The notes beneath the pieces were generated by a model. That model did no database searches. It was not told the origin of the DNA and saw nothing but the letters and a program-made list of their open reading frames with translations. Both the position numbers and the translations under genes were made by a program. From Octopus sinensis (lineage: Eukaryota), in assembly GCF_006345805.1 (NCBI RefSeq), contig NC_043001.1, positions 19,654,001-19,718,000 on the forward strand: DNA of 64,000 bases, read 5' to 3'. Each line of letters opens with the position of its first letter. The first letter of the stretch is position 1. This document shows, piece by piece, positions 1 to 12,300 of this stretch.

Positions 1-715
1 GGGCTAAAAACTAGTAAATCTAGTGAAGTGCATGTAATAACTGGAATAAGAAATTACTATCCTGTCACCACGCATATTTCTTGTTTATGTAATAATGTCA
101 CCAGAGATAATAAACAAGATAAACTTAAATACAACAGTAAAGTTCAATGATAACTTCAATTTCGGCTATTAACCAGTTTTAACTGTCAAGCAGAGATTTG
201 CTGAATAAAGATTAACAAAAAAAAACTATCTGTCAAAAAGAGAGAATGCAGCTTTTCTTAGCGGCAGCATATGCGTGTATGTGCATAATATAATAATAAT
301 AATAATTGTGTACAGTGCTCAGGTGCACTACAACTCATCTAAAGTGTTTATATAATCAGGTGTAGTTTCGGCGGATTTCGGAAAGCATGAGGGCCTTAAA
401 GGATGCAGTGTCATGGCAGTCAACATCTGACGCAGGCAGTTTATTCCATGCTTCAGCAACTCTGAGCGTGAAAAAATGTTTCCGAAAGTCATGGGAGCTG
501 TGTTGTTTTCTGACTTTGTAGGCATGTGTGTGTGAATATGTACGTATGTAACGCATATAGACTACATATAGTCATACATTCAGATATAACTGATATTTAT
601 CAGGAGCAATAGAGTGAGTCAAGGATTGAGAGTTTCACGCTTTTGTACATATATCAAACATTTGATAAATGCTAATAACCTAAACTTTCGGCCTTTGAGT
701 CCAATCTATTGCTTC

Positions 716-1384
716 GGATCTTTTCCTTTTGAACGGCACATATCAACACAATTTCTAGTTAATTAAACACTTTTAAACTTCGTATACTGGTAGAATGTGT
801 TTATAAAACATTATTTTTTCTTGGCTTTATTGAGAAAATTCTATATGTTGTAACATATTTCGACTTTAATTTCGAGCATTTCGGCAATTTTAACCAATCG
901 CTGACCTCCATTGACGTAAACAACATTCCGTGCTGTATGAATATGTCCCTCGTTTAAGAAATAAATTAGGTTTATTTACATTTGCGAAGAAAAAAAGATA
1001 CCGGATCTTTTTAGGTAACTAAAAAATTTTAAACTTCGTATACTGGTAGAATGTGTTTATAAAACATCTTTTTTCTCTTGGCTTTATTGAGAAAATTCTA
1101 TAGTTTGTAAGATATTTGTTGTTTTTTTTTCTTCAATTTCTGCAATTTCAACCAATCAGTGACGTCTATAGAGTTAAAAAGCATTCTGTGCCGTATGAAT
1201 ATGTCCCTCGTTTAAGAAACAGATTGGGTTTATTTACATTTCTGAAGAAAAAAAGATACCCTTCCCCCACCCCTAACCCTAAAAGATATTGAAATGCAAT
1301 AGATCGATTCTGGGGTCAAAATTATGGGTGACAATTTCATATAACACCGCTAGAAAAAAACTGCCGTTCAAACCGAAAAGATCC
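716..1384. mobile_element. Non-autonomous DNA transposon (MITE) with ~25-bp GGATC...GATCC terminal inverted repeats and an internal ~250-bp duplication
   Basis: The left end GGATCTTTTCCTTTTGAACGGCA (716) matches the reverse complement of the right end TGCCGTTCAAACCGAAAAGATCC (to 1384). TC flanks both sides. The block aaacttcgtatactggtagaatgtg occurs twice (~775, ~1030). Short family members lie at 3833-3932, 19937-19994 and ~34185-34282. Confidence 0.7.
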
Positions 1385-2406
1385 TCAACGACTTCAAAGG
1401 TTGCAAGACGCAACAAGAATTTTAGAAAAAATAAATAACTAAATGAGTGGAAATTGAACCGGTGAGTGTGTTAAATAATAAGGCACTAAAAGAGAATGAC
1501 TCTCCCCAGACAATAAAATATGTTTCAACACATGAATTCAGATAAAGAATCTTGCAAACCAAGTAAAAACGAAAAATATATATGTGTGTGTGTGTGTGTG
1601 TACACATATAATAATAATAATAATAATAATATAATAATAATAATAATAATAATAGGGGGTATAACTCCAAACTTACAGGGAAAAATTCAATTTAGTATTA
1701 AATCGAATTTCACAATATAAATATATAAAATATAAATTAGTGATAAAACCACTATTATGCAATTCAAACAATGATAGACATAAACCAAAACATTAATAAC
1801 AAATAAAATATATTTTATAAAACATAACTAGATCACAAAAATATAAAAAGTATATTTGTAATCTAGTTATATGTTTTATAAAAAATATTTTTTATTTGTT
1901 ATGTTTTGGTCTATGTCCGTCATTGTTTGAATTGCATAATAGTGGTTTTATCTCTAATTTATATTTTATATATTTATATTTAATGATTCACAATCAAGGT
2001 GCAGAAATGGCGTTATTCCAAATGAACAAGTTAATGTAATACGATAGTAGAAAGAATTCCGCGAATTAGGTACTCCAAAGTCAGTTGGAAGGCCGGGGGT
2101 CCGTGTGAGCGTGCGGTAAATAGTTAATCCAAAAAAAAAAAAAGAACAAGCACAAGAAAAAAAAAAACAACAACGCGAGGACGTGGTACATGCAAAATGT
2201 AACCACGTGGATCGTTAGCGATTTTTTCCACTCCGTCATCCTTTTCTCCTGGACAGTCCTCCGTCTCTTTTTCTGACGAAGAGCTTTGCCCGAAACGTAA
2301 AGCCACCTTTCTTTCCTTCCCTGAGCATCTACTATTATTTTGCATGTACCACGCCCTCGCGCTGTTGATTTTTCTTTGTGTTTGTTCTTAGTTTTTTTTT
2401 TATATA

Positions 2407-2785
2407 CTAGCAGTATCGTCCGGCGTTGCTCGGGTTTGTAAGGGAAATAACTATAAAAGCATTTTTAGAGATGTAAAGTATAAAAGCCATCTCAATATGG
2501 CTAACCACAAAGGGGGGTGTTACTGTAGTTTTTTTACGTTCTGAGATTTAATAATACTTCCCTTATATAATAGCAAAAAAATGCATTAAAAATGGGAAAA
2601 AACGATGGTAAATTTTTTTTTAAATCGTAGACTCATCGTAGACGCGCACTAATACCCAGAAGGGCTCTATATGAATCACGACTATAAGATACCCGGTTTT
2701 GGTTACACTGCACCACAAAATGTGGGAGTAGTTAGGAATCTAAATTGTAGGAGACAGACACACAACTTCACTTTTATATATAAAA
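2407..2785 (-). mobile_element. Non-autonomous Helitron (family 1)
   Basis: Reverse-complement copy of 22657-23037. The 3' end has an imperfect CCCG..CGGA hairpin followed by CTAG. Confidence 0.75.
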
Positions 2786-3045
2786 CCCCTTTTGAGCCTT
2801 GTAATTATTCTATCGATCTCATTTACCAAAGCGTTAAGTTACAGGGACGTACACCGGTTGTTAAGCAGTAGTGCAAATTCCGCCGAGGTCGACTTTGCCT
2901 TTCATCCTTTCGGGGTCGATAAATTAAGTACCAGTTACGCACTAGGGTCGATGTAATCGACTTAATCCCTTTGTCTGTCCTTGTTTGTCCCCTCTGTGTT
3001 TAGCCCCTTATGGGTAGTGATTTATCTCTCTCTCTCTCTCTGAAT

Positions 3046-3083
<38 letters not shown>

Positions 3084-3087
3084 GTAT

Positions 3088-3173
<86 letters not shown>

Positions 3174-4399
3174 GGGGGGCAGAGGCACGTAGACAACAGA
3201 CAGGTACATCCTCAGAGAGAGAGGGGGGGCAGAGGCACGTTGACAACAGACAGGTGCATCCTCATACAAAGGTATAGACCTGAGGATAATATTACAGTAA
3301 TTAAACTACGTACGACAGAGAAATATGTTTCATAAGCAAAGAAATAAAATTTAGTGTCGTTTAAAACTGACAGCGGTACGACGAAACTGCTAATTTGGGG
3401 GTCATTCATTACAAAAGAAACCACGATAAACCTTTTACTACGAAAACTAAAAAAAATTTTCATACTTCTTACCTTTTTATATAGACAAATACACCCCTTC
3501 TTTTGCCCCACTGTCAGCTTGTGGCCCTTTTCTATTGCCTGTCAGTCTTCTGTCAGTTTGTTGCTGGGAGGTTTTTTTTCACCCATTTTCGGTAAACGAG
3601 AAGGGGAGAAATAGTTAATAGCCCTCTCTTTATCTACTATTCTGTTTTTCATTTACTCTATCACTGACTTTCTTTTACTCTCTATCAATATCTTTCTTTT
3701 CTACTACTTATTTTTTTCTTTTAAGTACTTTATCTTGTACAATTTAATTTTTTTCTTTTTTGCAAATTAACATACTCACATAAAAATTTAAGCACAATTA
3801 AAAGAAACTGCTTAATCACCCCACCCCCCTCCGGATCTTTTATCTGACACATTCTACAAGTATACGAAGTTTGAAAGTATTTAGTTACAAAAAAAGATTT
3901 TTTAAAATCTGTCGGGCAAAAGGTAAAGATCCCCTCCCCCTTTTCCCTTTTTCTTTGTTTCCTTGAAATTAAATTGTTACAATCTTTATATGAATCAAAT
4001 TCTTTCTTGTGATTTATAATCACCTTCCCCCAGGGGGAGTTTTATTAACTTATTTTTAAGGTAATGTTGGTGGATCAAAATTTTTCCACGTGAGATTTTC
4101 CCCATGCTTATGCTCAAAGTTGACTGGAAAATAACCTACTGACTTACGGAATATTTGTTCCAATCCAAACTTATTTCTTATCTACTTACACAGCTCTGTC
4201 AGCATGGTTTCTCGTTTCTAAACTATATACAATCCCTACAGTAATTATACACACACACACACACACACACAGATATACATATGCATGTACACACACGTGC
4301 ACGCACACAGATACATGTGTGAAAAAAAATCACTGTATTCATATGTAATGAACCGTTTTCGTTGACAAACTAGAAGTGTAGGAGAGAGAGAGAGAGAAA

Positions 4400-4463
<64 letters not shown>

Positions 4464-5094
4464 GTATATATATACACTGAATTATTTTGCAGGCTGAGTG
4501 GAAAGCAACAATAGGTATAACGCGATAGAGATTCGCGCTTTTTGTTATATATAGTAGGTTGAAAAAACTTTGATCTCGCAAGGTTATGAAGAAAAAAATG
4601 AAGTGACAAAAACTCTCTCCAGGGCGTGTTTAAAATCTAAAACCCACAACTAGTTAGTAAAATTTTTTTTTTAGTTTATCTTAGAAAGTTATTTACAGTG
4701 AATGTTTACCAAACAATAAATCTTTTTTCTTTGAAATTTTTTCTTTGAAAGTTATCAATTCTTTTTATACACTTTCCTGTAAGTCAGACCGTCTCGTGGT
4801 CCCGGCAGACAAAATGGAAAGGGCGCTGTCCCGGAGGATAGCTAGGGAGATGTGCTGGAACAGCCACTATGACTCACCGGACTTGCATTTGCGGACAAGA
4901 CTAGTAAAACAGAGATCGATCTACATATGGTGAGAGATAGAGCTCTCTCTCTCTCTCTCGTGTCTGTGTAACCGACAGTTTATGAAGCTATTTATTGCTT
5001 TAATAAATTCACTGCTGTCATGGTCTGCTCATTGTAATATGTTGATACACTGCGTTCAGGTATCTGTTTTATGACCAGTGACACTTGAGATCCT

Positions 5095-5252
5095 TTATAT
5101 TCTATCTTTGTCAAAGTCTTCATTGTTCATATACCCATGGATAGATTTAATAAACCGTAACTTTTCACATAAAGCTGGCCTCCAAATACCTGCAGCATTA
5201 GCACATACCCTGCTAGCTCTAGTTATTATTGATGGGTAGATGCAGGTCAGCT
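5095..5252 (-). CDS. Last coding exon of putative small secreted peptide gene ((E)LTCIYPSIITRASRVCANAAGIWRPALCEKLRFIKSIHGYMNNEDFDKDRI*)
   Basis: A long AG-free pyrimidine-rich tract ends in ...ctcttgtcattaag (AG at 5254-5253). A phase-1 join to the 9142-9212 exon keeps the frame open for 52 codons to TAA at 5097-5095. AATAAA lies on the minus strand at 4996-4991. Confidence 0.55.
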
Positions 5253-5821
5253 CTTAATGACAAGAGATATGAATGAATCATAGGTAGCCAAGCGAATGAA
5301 AATGAGCGACCGTTATATCTACTGTTCTAGATATACCTTTCTTACGTCAAAAGTTCATTTAAGAACCATACTGTACACTGATATGCAATTGTTAACCCTA
5401 TGGAGGTGTTGTGTTACAATGTGGATAATACATTGTAGTGTTCTGGGTTAAATTGTTTTGCTTTAAGTGTTAATGAAGTTTTCATGGCTGGAAGCTTTTC
5501 TTGATTATTATCAACTAACCAGCACTAAAGATGTTCTCTTGTTAAGGGATGGGGGTTCATGTCACTTTCAGTTTTCTTGAATAAATTAAAGTGAAGGAGA
5601 CCCAGTGTGTTTATCATGGATGCGGATACTAGAGCAGTTTACTCTCATATTCGAACAATCCTTCCTCGTTGTATCAAGCCTTATTGAGCAAAACTAAAAT
5701 AGGGTCGGGTGCAGCTAACTCGGACACCAAAACAGGCACTCCTTCCAGATATATTTGATGGTTCTTGTATCGGTCTAACAAGTATTGCAGTTGTCTGATC
5801 AATTGAACTATATCCTGAAAT

Positions 5822-6386
5822 TTGGGGGAAGGGGGCCAGTCGATTAGATCGACCCCAGTACGTAACTAGTACTTAACTTATCGACTCTGAAAGGATAAAA
5901 GGCAAAGTCGACCTCGGCGGAATCTGAACTCAGAACGTAGCAGCAGATGACATACCTATTTCTATTTCTTTACTACCCACAAGGGGTTAAACACAGAAAG
6001 GACAAACAAGGACAGACAAACGGAATAAGCCAATTACATCGACCTCCAGTGCGGAACTGGTACTTAAGTTAACGATCCCGAAAGGATGAAAGGCAAAGTC
6101 GACCTGGGCGGAATTTGAACTCAGACCGTAACGGCAGACAAAATACCTATTTATTTACTACCCACAAGGGGCTAAACACAGAGGGGACAAACAAGGACAG
6201 ACAAAGGGATTAAGTCGATTACATCGACCCCCCCCCCCAGTGCGTAACTGGTACTTAGGTTATCGACCCCGAAAGGATGAAAGGCAAAGTCGACCTCGGC
6301 GGAATTTGCACTCAGAACGTAGTGGCAGACGAAATACCGCTTAGCATTTCGCCCGGCGTGCTAACAATTCTGCTAGCGCGCCGCTT
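5822..6386 (-). mobile_element. tRNA-derived SINE (family B, Deu/Nin-like core) with about three tandem body+tail units
   Basis: Repeated units of gaaaggatgaaaggcaaagtcgacctcggcggaatttgaactcagaacgtag; a single head at the 6386 end. Confidence 0.8.
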
Positions 6387-8456
6387 TTCCTCATTAAATA
6401 ATAATGTAAGTGGATTGATATTCTACAGACCACTGACGTCATTCTCAGGCAGAATCGGTATGAACACAGGGTGTGATAAGAATAACTTATTGAATTATTT
6501 ACAAGCCAGTGCATCGGACCGGCCTCCATATAGTTTCTGCCCCTATTCCTAGACGTGATGCTATTGCTGAAGATACTCGCCCCAAGATGCCTCACAGTGG
6601 AATCACACCAAGGACCAAGGATCTCATGGTTGCCAAGCAAATTTTTCACCATTCGGCTATATCTATGTCGTTTCTGTAAATAAATTTAGCATAATACATA
6701 GATATTTTATATTATACATATATATATACATATATATATATATTATATATATATACATATATATATACATACATATATATACAATATCCTTTTGTCAGAA
6801 AAATAAGAACTTTACGGTATCTTCTCTCATTGCAGAGGGGGAAATAGTCAAGTAGATATGGCACTGGATTTACAGTTCAGGTCTTACATTCCAGTACATC
6901 CAGCTGTTTTATCGGAGACTAATTCTATGTTAAACCAAGTAGTTGTTTAGCTCTGATCAAAGGCATTCCAATCATCATCATCCTGTCTCTTTCCTAAGTA
7001 CAATGCACCAAGAATCACAATCTCCAATGTTTTATCATTTTCTATGATGCTAGAATATCATTTAAGAGAGATTTAACTGCTGCTTGTAAAGGATCAACTG
7101 GTCATGTAAAGGCTCTCTCATTAAGTTCTGTGTTGAAGTACCAAATAAGTTATAGAGAGCACCACTTGATCACCAAATCAACTGGGAATGTAATATTATT
7201 AGAAAACTGACATTCTATCCGAAGAGAGACTTATCTCTTATCCACTTCATACCAAGAAACCAGAGCTAAATTTACAATTTAAGGTTCATCTGGTGTCTTT
7301 GAAAATAAATAGAATGAATGTACACGTTTTGTAACCTTGTTACAAGGTCATGAATATAATCTCTGGGAAAAGTTACAAATTTTTTACTGTTGCACTCAGC
7401 AAATACTTTACTAAAATAAATTTCGTTTATACACCTTAAGTTCAGTATTTAAGAAAAACAAGCGATATATGTGCTGTTAGTTTTATCTAATATTTTCATA
7501 CGTTAATAATGCCATGTACTTTGGTTTGTTAATGATCCAAAGCATTAGTTGTCAAAGCTTTCTGCTCCAGATGTGTGACATAATTTTGACAAAAGGAGTA
7601 AGTTCTAATAATTCACAATTTTTTTTAAAAAAACTAACTCTAATGAATGCATTAAAAGAATTAAACTTAATTGTTTCATAATATTTATAAATAGAGCCCA
7701 TTCTCTTTTAACATTTTTTTTTAACCAAGAGCATAAGTGTGATATTTACTTATATAATTATTGTAAGAAAAACGTAGGGAAAATTATAGATATACCTTAA
7801 ATTTTTAATAAAATAATTAAATTGCATATCCATTTTGACAACAATCATTAAAAATTTTGATATTTTTCCAAAAGTAGAAGTGAAGTACTTTGTACTTTAT
7901 TGTGGCTGGTAAATAACTTAGCATACTTCTGGAAAAAGGTATATGCAGTCTTTTTTCTATTTTTTTTCCTTCCACGCTTATGTTACCTCAAGGTAACTTT
8001 GAGAATATTTCTGAATACTTTCCAATTGAAAGGTATTAGTACACATGGAACGAGTAAAAGAAAATCAAATGAACTATGATAGTTACAAACTTTCATACTC
8101 TTTCATTTCAAACTTTAACAACTTCAAAATTTTTTTTAGTTTGTGCATAAACACAATTGCACATTAAGATATGTGCGCAAAGTTTTCAGCATACTCAGGT
8201 GCGTTTTTTATTAGGTTAACACAGACAGCGTGTCTTTATCTTATGCTGTGTACCTATTATTATCCAACCTAGAAAAATGGGTAAACGGTGAGGCAGACAA
8301 GATAACTCATTTGCTCAGAATTGTCCAGCTAAGATGGATGGCATAATTGGTCCCAATGGGATTTTAAACTGTTGCTGAAAATCTGGTCTAATTTCAGGAA
8401 TTATAATATATATAATTCTTGAAGTTAGACCTGTGTGTTTGTGTATGTGTGTATAT

Positions 8457-8490
<34 letters not shown>

Positions 8491-8575
8491 GATGTGTGTG
8501 TGTGTATATATATAGATACGTGTGTGTGTATATATATATAGATACGTGTGTGTGTGTATATATATATATAGATAC

Positions 8576-8624
<49 letters not shown>

Positions 8625-9141
8625 TGTGTGTGTGTGCATATATATATATATATATGTATATATATAGCCCGGTCACTTCGTATACTCAAAGATGAGTTTG
8701 AGAGCCATGGGCCGAAACAATATATATTGTCGAACTAACGACCATAGATTAGATAATTTGTGTGTGTATGTGTGTGCGTGCGTGTGAGTGTGTGTGCGCG
8801 CGTGTGTGTAAATGTGTATAGACAAAGTAGTTCGGTATTTATTGGTAGTGTGTTAAATTTGCCGTTTAAATATTCATTTAATCACATGATATTTTTTAGT
8901 CAAATACTTGGTTTAATGCATTCTTCAAACCAGATTATTTACCAAGCAAATAAATGCGACTAAGTTTAAAATTTACTGAGAAAGTACCTTGCCGCAGTTA
9001 AATTTCAGTTGGGTGGAAAGAGTGTTAAATAGGGAAAAAATACATAAAATTCTTTCGAAATTTAATTACGTGTTTTTCCATAAAGTTTCCGTACTGCAAA
9101 CCTGTAAAAGAAGTTAATCAAAATTGTAAATAGGCACTTAC

Positions 9142-9202
9142 CTAATTGTATCCATAATGTCAGCAAAAATATAAAGACGGGGATAATCAGAAAAGACTTC
9201 AT
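9142..9202 (-). CDS. Signal-peptide exon MKSFLIIPVFIFLLTLWIQL of a putative secreted peptide gene (exon 9142-9212)
   Basis: Acceptor tttattttcgtttgacttgtag (AG 9214-9213), start context CAACATG at 9202, 20 codons with an N-terminal Lys and hydrophobic core, then consensus donor TTAG|GTAAGT (GT 9141-9140), phase 1. Confidence 0.7.
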
Positions 9203-10494
9203 GTTGAAAGGACTACAAGTCAAACGAAAATAAACTCGTTTTAACGAAAAGAGATATTAGCGCTCCGAAGTGTAAAAAAAAAATATTACTAACACTAACA
9301 AATCTAAGAAAGGCTGAGAGGCAAGGAGGGAGTGAGAGAAAGAAAGAGAAAAATTAAGCAAGAGTGAGAGAAAGTGGGGGGATAAAAATATAATTTACTA
9401 ACGTCACAATTATATATGTAGCGGTAGGGGGATACGGGTTTGCCTTTTTGGAACAGATAACTCAAGAACTTGAGAGCTTGGTGTTAGGAGTATATTAGCT
9501 TAGTAGTCCAACCCGTGTTCAAAACATCAAGCTTCGAGCACTGCTGTATGCAATAAGCTCGTTATTATTCTTATTATTAATACGAACATAGCGAGATGAT
9601 TGCTGCTTTTAATATTTATGCTTGTCCACTCCTACACCAACAAGAAACCGTTCAATTTCTATAGACATTCACACTAGTGTAGACTTAACTAATTCCTGTT
9701 GCACTGCGTATAGCACAAAAAACAAATTAAGGGGAAAGAAATACAGTTTAAAAGAAATTGTTGATTCCAAGTATTAAAAACAAAACGGAATTGTTTGAAG
9801 AAAAATTATAAAACAGCCTCGAGGGCAAATTAAATTAGAAATAACTAAAATAGCCACGATAGTATTGCATGTGTAGAGTATAAAATACGCGTTGATAATA
9901 TATAATATATAAAATAATGTAACAGATTTTCAAAATTATAAAATGTCCCATTGCAGGGTGCATCGACAAACATGTTTGAAACAATTTTCGTAATAGCAGT
10001 AGTAGTAATTGTTACTTAAACTTGAGATCAGCCCTCATCCAACAGACCTTTTATATAAAGATGTTTTGTCCGAATCTCCCAGACCCATTTTTCATTTATT
10101 TTTATTTTTTCTGGAATAGTGTATTTGATTTATCCCTTTTAAAACAGTATGCTTTGACTGACATTTGGCTGTTATTTCTAACGAGTGCGTTGAGGCTGCA
10201 TTGAAGAATAATGCTAACAAAGCTAACCTTTTAAAGGCTATGAATGTCTAATAAATTTCAACTCCTAATCTCTTCTTGTGATAAATTACATTACATACTC
10301 AAAAGTTGTAGACTTGAGAGATAATAATTACGGGAGCTGATTATTGGAGGAGTTTGAGAGTCTCGCTTAATCGACATTTTTCAACACATGTTACTTCTAT
10401 GAGCTTCGTAAGTGTATTTAGCATGCAGACCGCTTTCTTGATGTACTTTTACTTCGGTTATATTTACTGATACAATCAGTCTCCCTGCAATCCT

Positions 10495-10649
10495 TGTGGC
10501 TGTGTGGTAAGTAGCTTGCTTACCAGCCACATGGTTCCGGGGTTCATTCCCACTGCGTGGCACTTTGGCCAAGTATCTTCTGCTATAGCCTCGGGCCGAC
10601 CAAAGCCTTGTGAGTGGATTTGGTAGACGGAAACTGAAAAAAGCCCGTC

Positions 10650-10724
<75 letters not shown>

Positions 10725-10922
10725 GGATGTGTGTTTGTCCCCCCAACCTTGCTTGACAACCGATGCTGGTGTGTTTACGTCCCCGTAACCTAGCGGTTCG
10801 GCGAAAGAGACCGATAGAATAAGTAGTAGGCTTACAAAGAATAAGTCCTGGAGTCGATTTGCGCGACTAAAGGCGGTGCTCCAGCATGGTCGCAGTCAAA
10901 TGACTGAAACAAGTAAAAGAGA
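10495..10922 (+). mobile_element. tRNA-derived SINE (family A) with internal (TA)n
   Basis: Head gtggctgtgtggtaagtagcttgcttacc, body ttggcca/gggcaagtgtcttct, tail atgactgaaacaagtaaaag. Further copies at ~15835-16248, 19003-19270, 23575-24000, 26930-27310, 35473-35805 and 54590-54780. Confidence 0.8.
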
Positions 10923-10930
10923 AAGAAAGA

Positions 10931-10964
<34 letters not shown>

Positions 10965-11213
10965 CGAACTGGCCAGGTTGCCAGCTTGCCCGATGGGGAG
11001 AGGGGCATGTTAGTATCTAAGGGGCCCACCCCCCTCAAGTGTGAGAGGTTTTTATTCACTCCTAGAAGAATGCTTTATTTCAGCCTACTTTTAACAAAAA
11101 ATAAATAAATAAATAATAAATTGTAGTTGTGGGTGGGTCTCCTTGTAGTTGAGGGTAGGCCTCCTTAGTCTCCAGGCAACCAATATTTTTAGACCCAGTC
11201 CGCTACTGTATAT

Positions 11214-11268
<55 letters not shown>

Positions 11269-11336
11269 TGATAAAACGGTAAGGTAACAAAAGAAAGAAA
11301 GAGACCTCAATATTATGTAAATAGAGGAAATTTATC

Positions 11337-11625
11337 TATACAATAATATGTTACATTACTCGGTAGTCAAGATATAACTCAGATGCCGAAGTGGAAATCC
11401 ACAACACCATCTCTTCGGTTATCTGGCTATTTTTGGCCTTTTGGGATTATCGCCTAACATCGGTTGAGGACTCTCACACACAGAAGAATTTAATATGGAT
11501 GCATATCACATAGATTATTCTATGAAGAGAAATAGCCAGATAACCGAAGAGATGGTGTTGTGGATTTCCACTTCGGCATCTGAAACTCAGAGTTTTATCT
11601 TGACTACCGAGTAATGTAACATATT

Positions 11626-11633
<8 letters not shown>
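11337..11633. repeat. ~100-bp inverted repeat with ~100-bp spacer, within a (TA)n array
   Basis: 11337-11432 is the reverse complement of 11530-11633, with a small indel. Confidence 0.85.
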
Positions 11634-11684
<51 letters not shown>

Positions 11685-11795
11685 CAAAATTAGAAAATGG
11701 AGAAACATACTTAAATCAATCAAACATCAACCATCAGATGATACCCAATCAATACTTTATTACACCATTACATAACAGCAAAGGCATTATACAAA

Positions 11796-11826
<31 letters not shown>

Positions 11827-11849
11827 GTGTGTGTGTGTGTGTATGTATG

Positions 11850-11935
<86 letters not shown>

Positions 11936-11940
11936 ATATA

Positions 11941-12300
11941 TCTCTCTCTATATAAACGGCAGTTTGTCTGTGCGTTTTCTGTGTGTCTGTTTTCTTGTAC
12001 CCTCACTCTGACCACGGCTTTCAACCGATTCTGATGAAACTTGACACACACATAGCCCAATGTCATAATTCAAAACTAACGCAGCGAAAATTTTGAAAAG
12101 TTCCCCCATTTCTGAAAAAAATCGATAAATTCGACATGGGGTCGAGAATCAGAAACCCAAACCACAGACCGTCTAGGGGACGCAACTCCACCTTTTTTAA
12201 CTCAAAAATAATTTACCTCCATTTTTTTGCTATAACTCTCTAAAAATGCTTTATAGTTATTTCCCTTACAAACCTGAGCAACGCCGGGCGATACTGCTAG
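11941..12300 (+). mobile_element. Non-autonomous Helitron (family 2)
   Basis: 5' TC...TATATAAACGGC; 3' CCTGAGCAACGCCGGGCGATACTGCTAG|T. It shares its last ~70 bp with family 1. Confidence 0.7.

Noticed and set aside
1268-1282. CCCTAA telomere-like repeat
   Set aside because: Only two units, inside a MITE.
3090-3110. Recurrent single AA/TT phase shift in the middle of long (TA)n arrays (also ~8466, 10686, 11225, 11657, 11886, 15400, 23765)
   Set aside because: Most likely a long-read consensus artefact in palindromic AT repeats; it cannot be judged without reads.
8315-8429. Alternative exon 2 for the signal-peptide exon (GLTSRIIYIIIPEIRPDF...)
   Set aside because: It is in frame, but the acceptor is (AC)n-derived with no pyrimidine tract, and there is no nearby polyA signal. 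It is weaker than 5095-5252 but not fully excluded.
8690-8745. Hammerhead-like GAAAC-AATATATATT-GTC
   Set aside because: The CUGANGA core and stem I cannot be formed convincingly.
3000-12066. Many IYIY/HTHT/CVCV ORFs
   Set aside because: Artefacts of (TA)n and (CA)n arrays.
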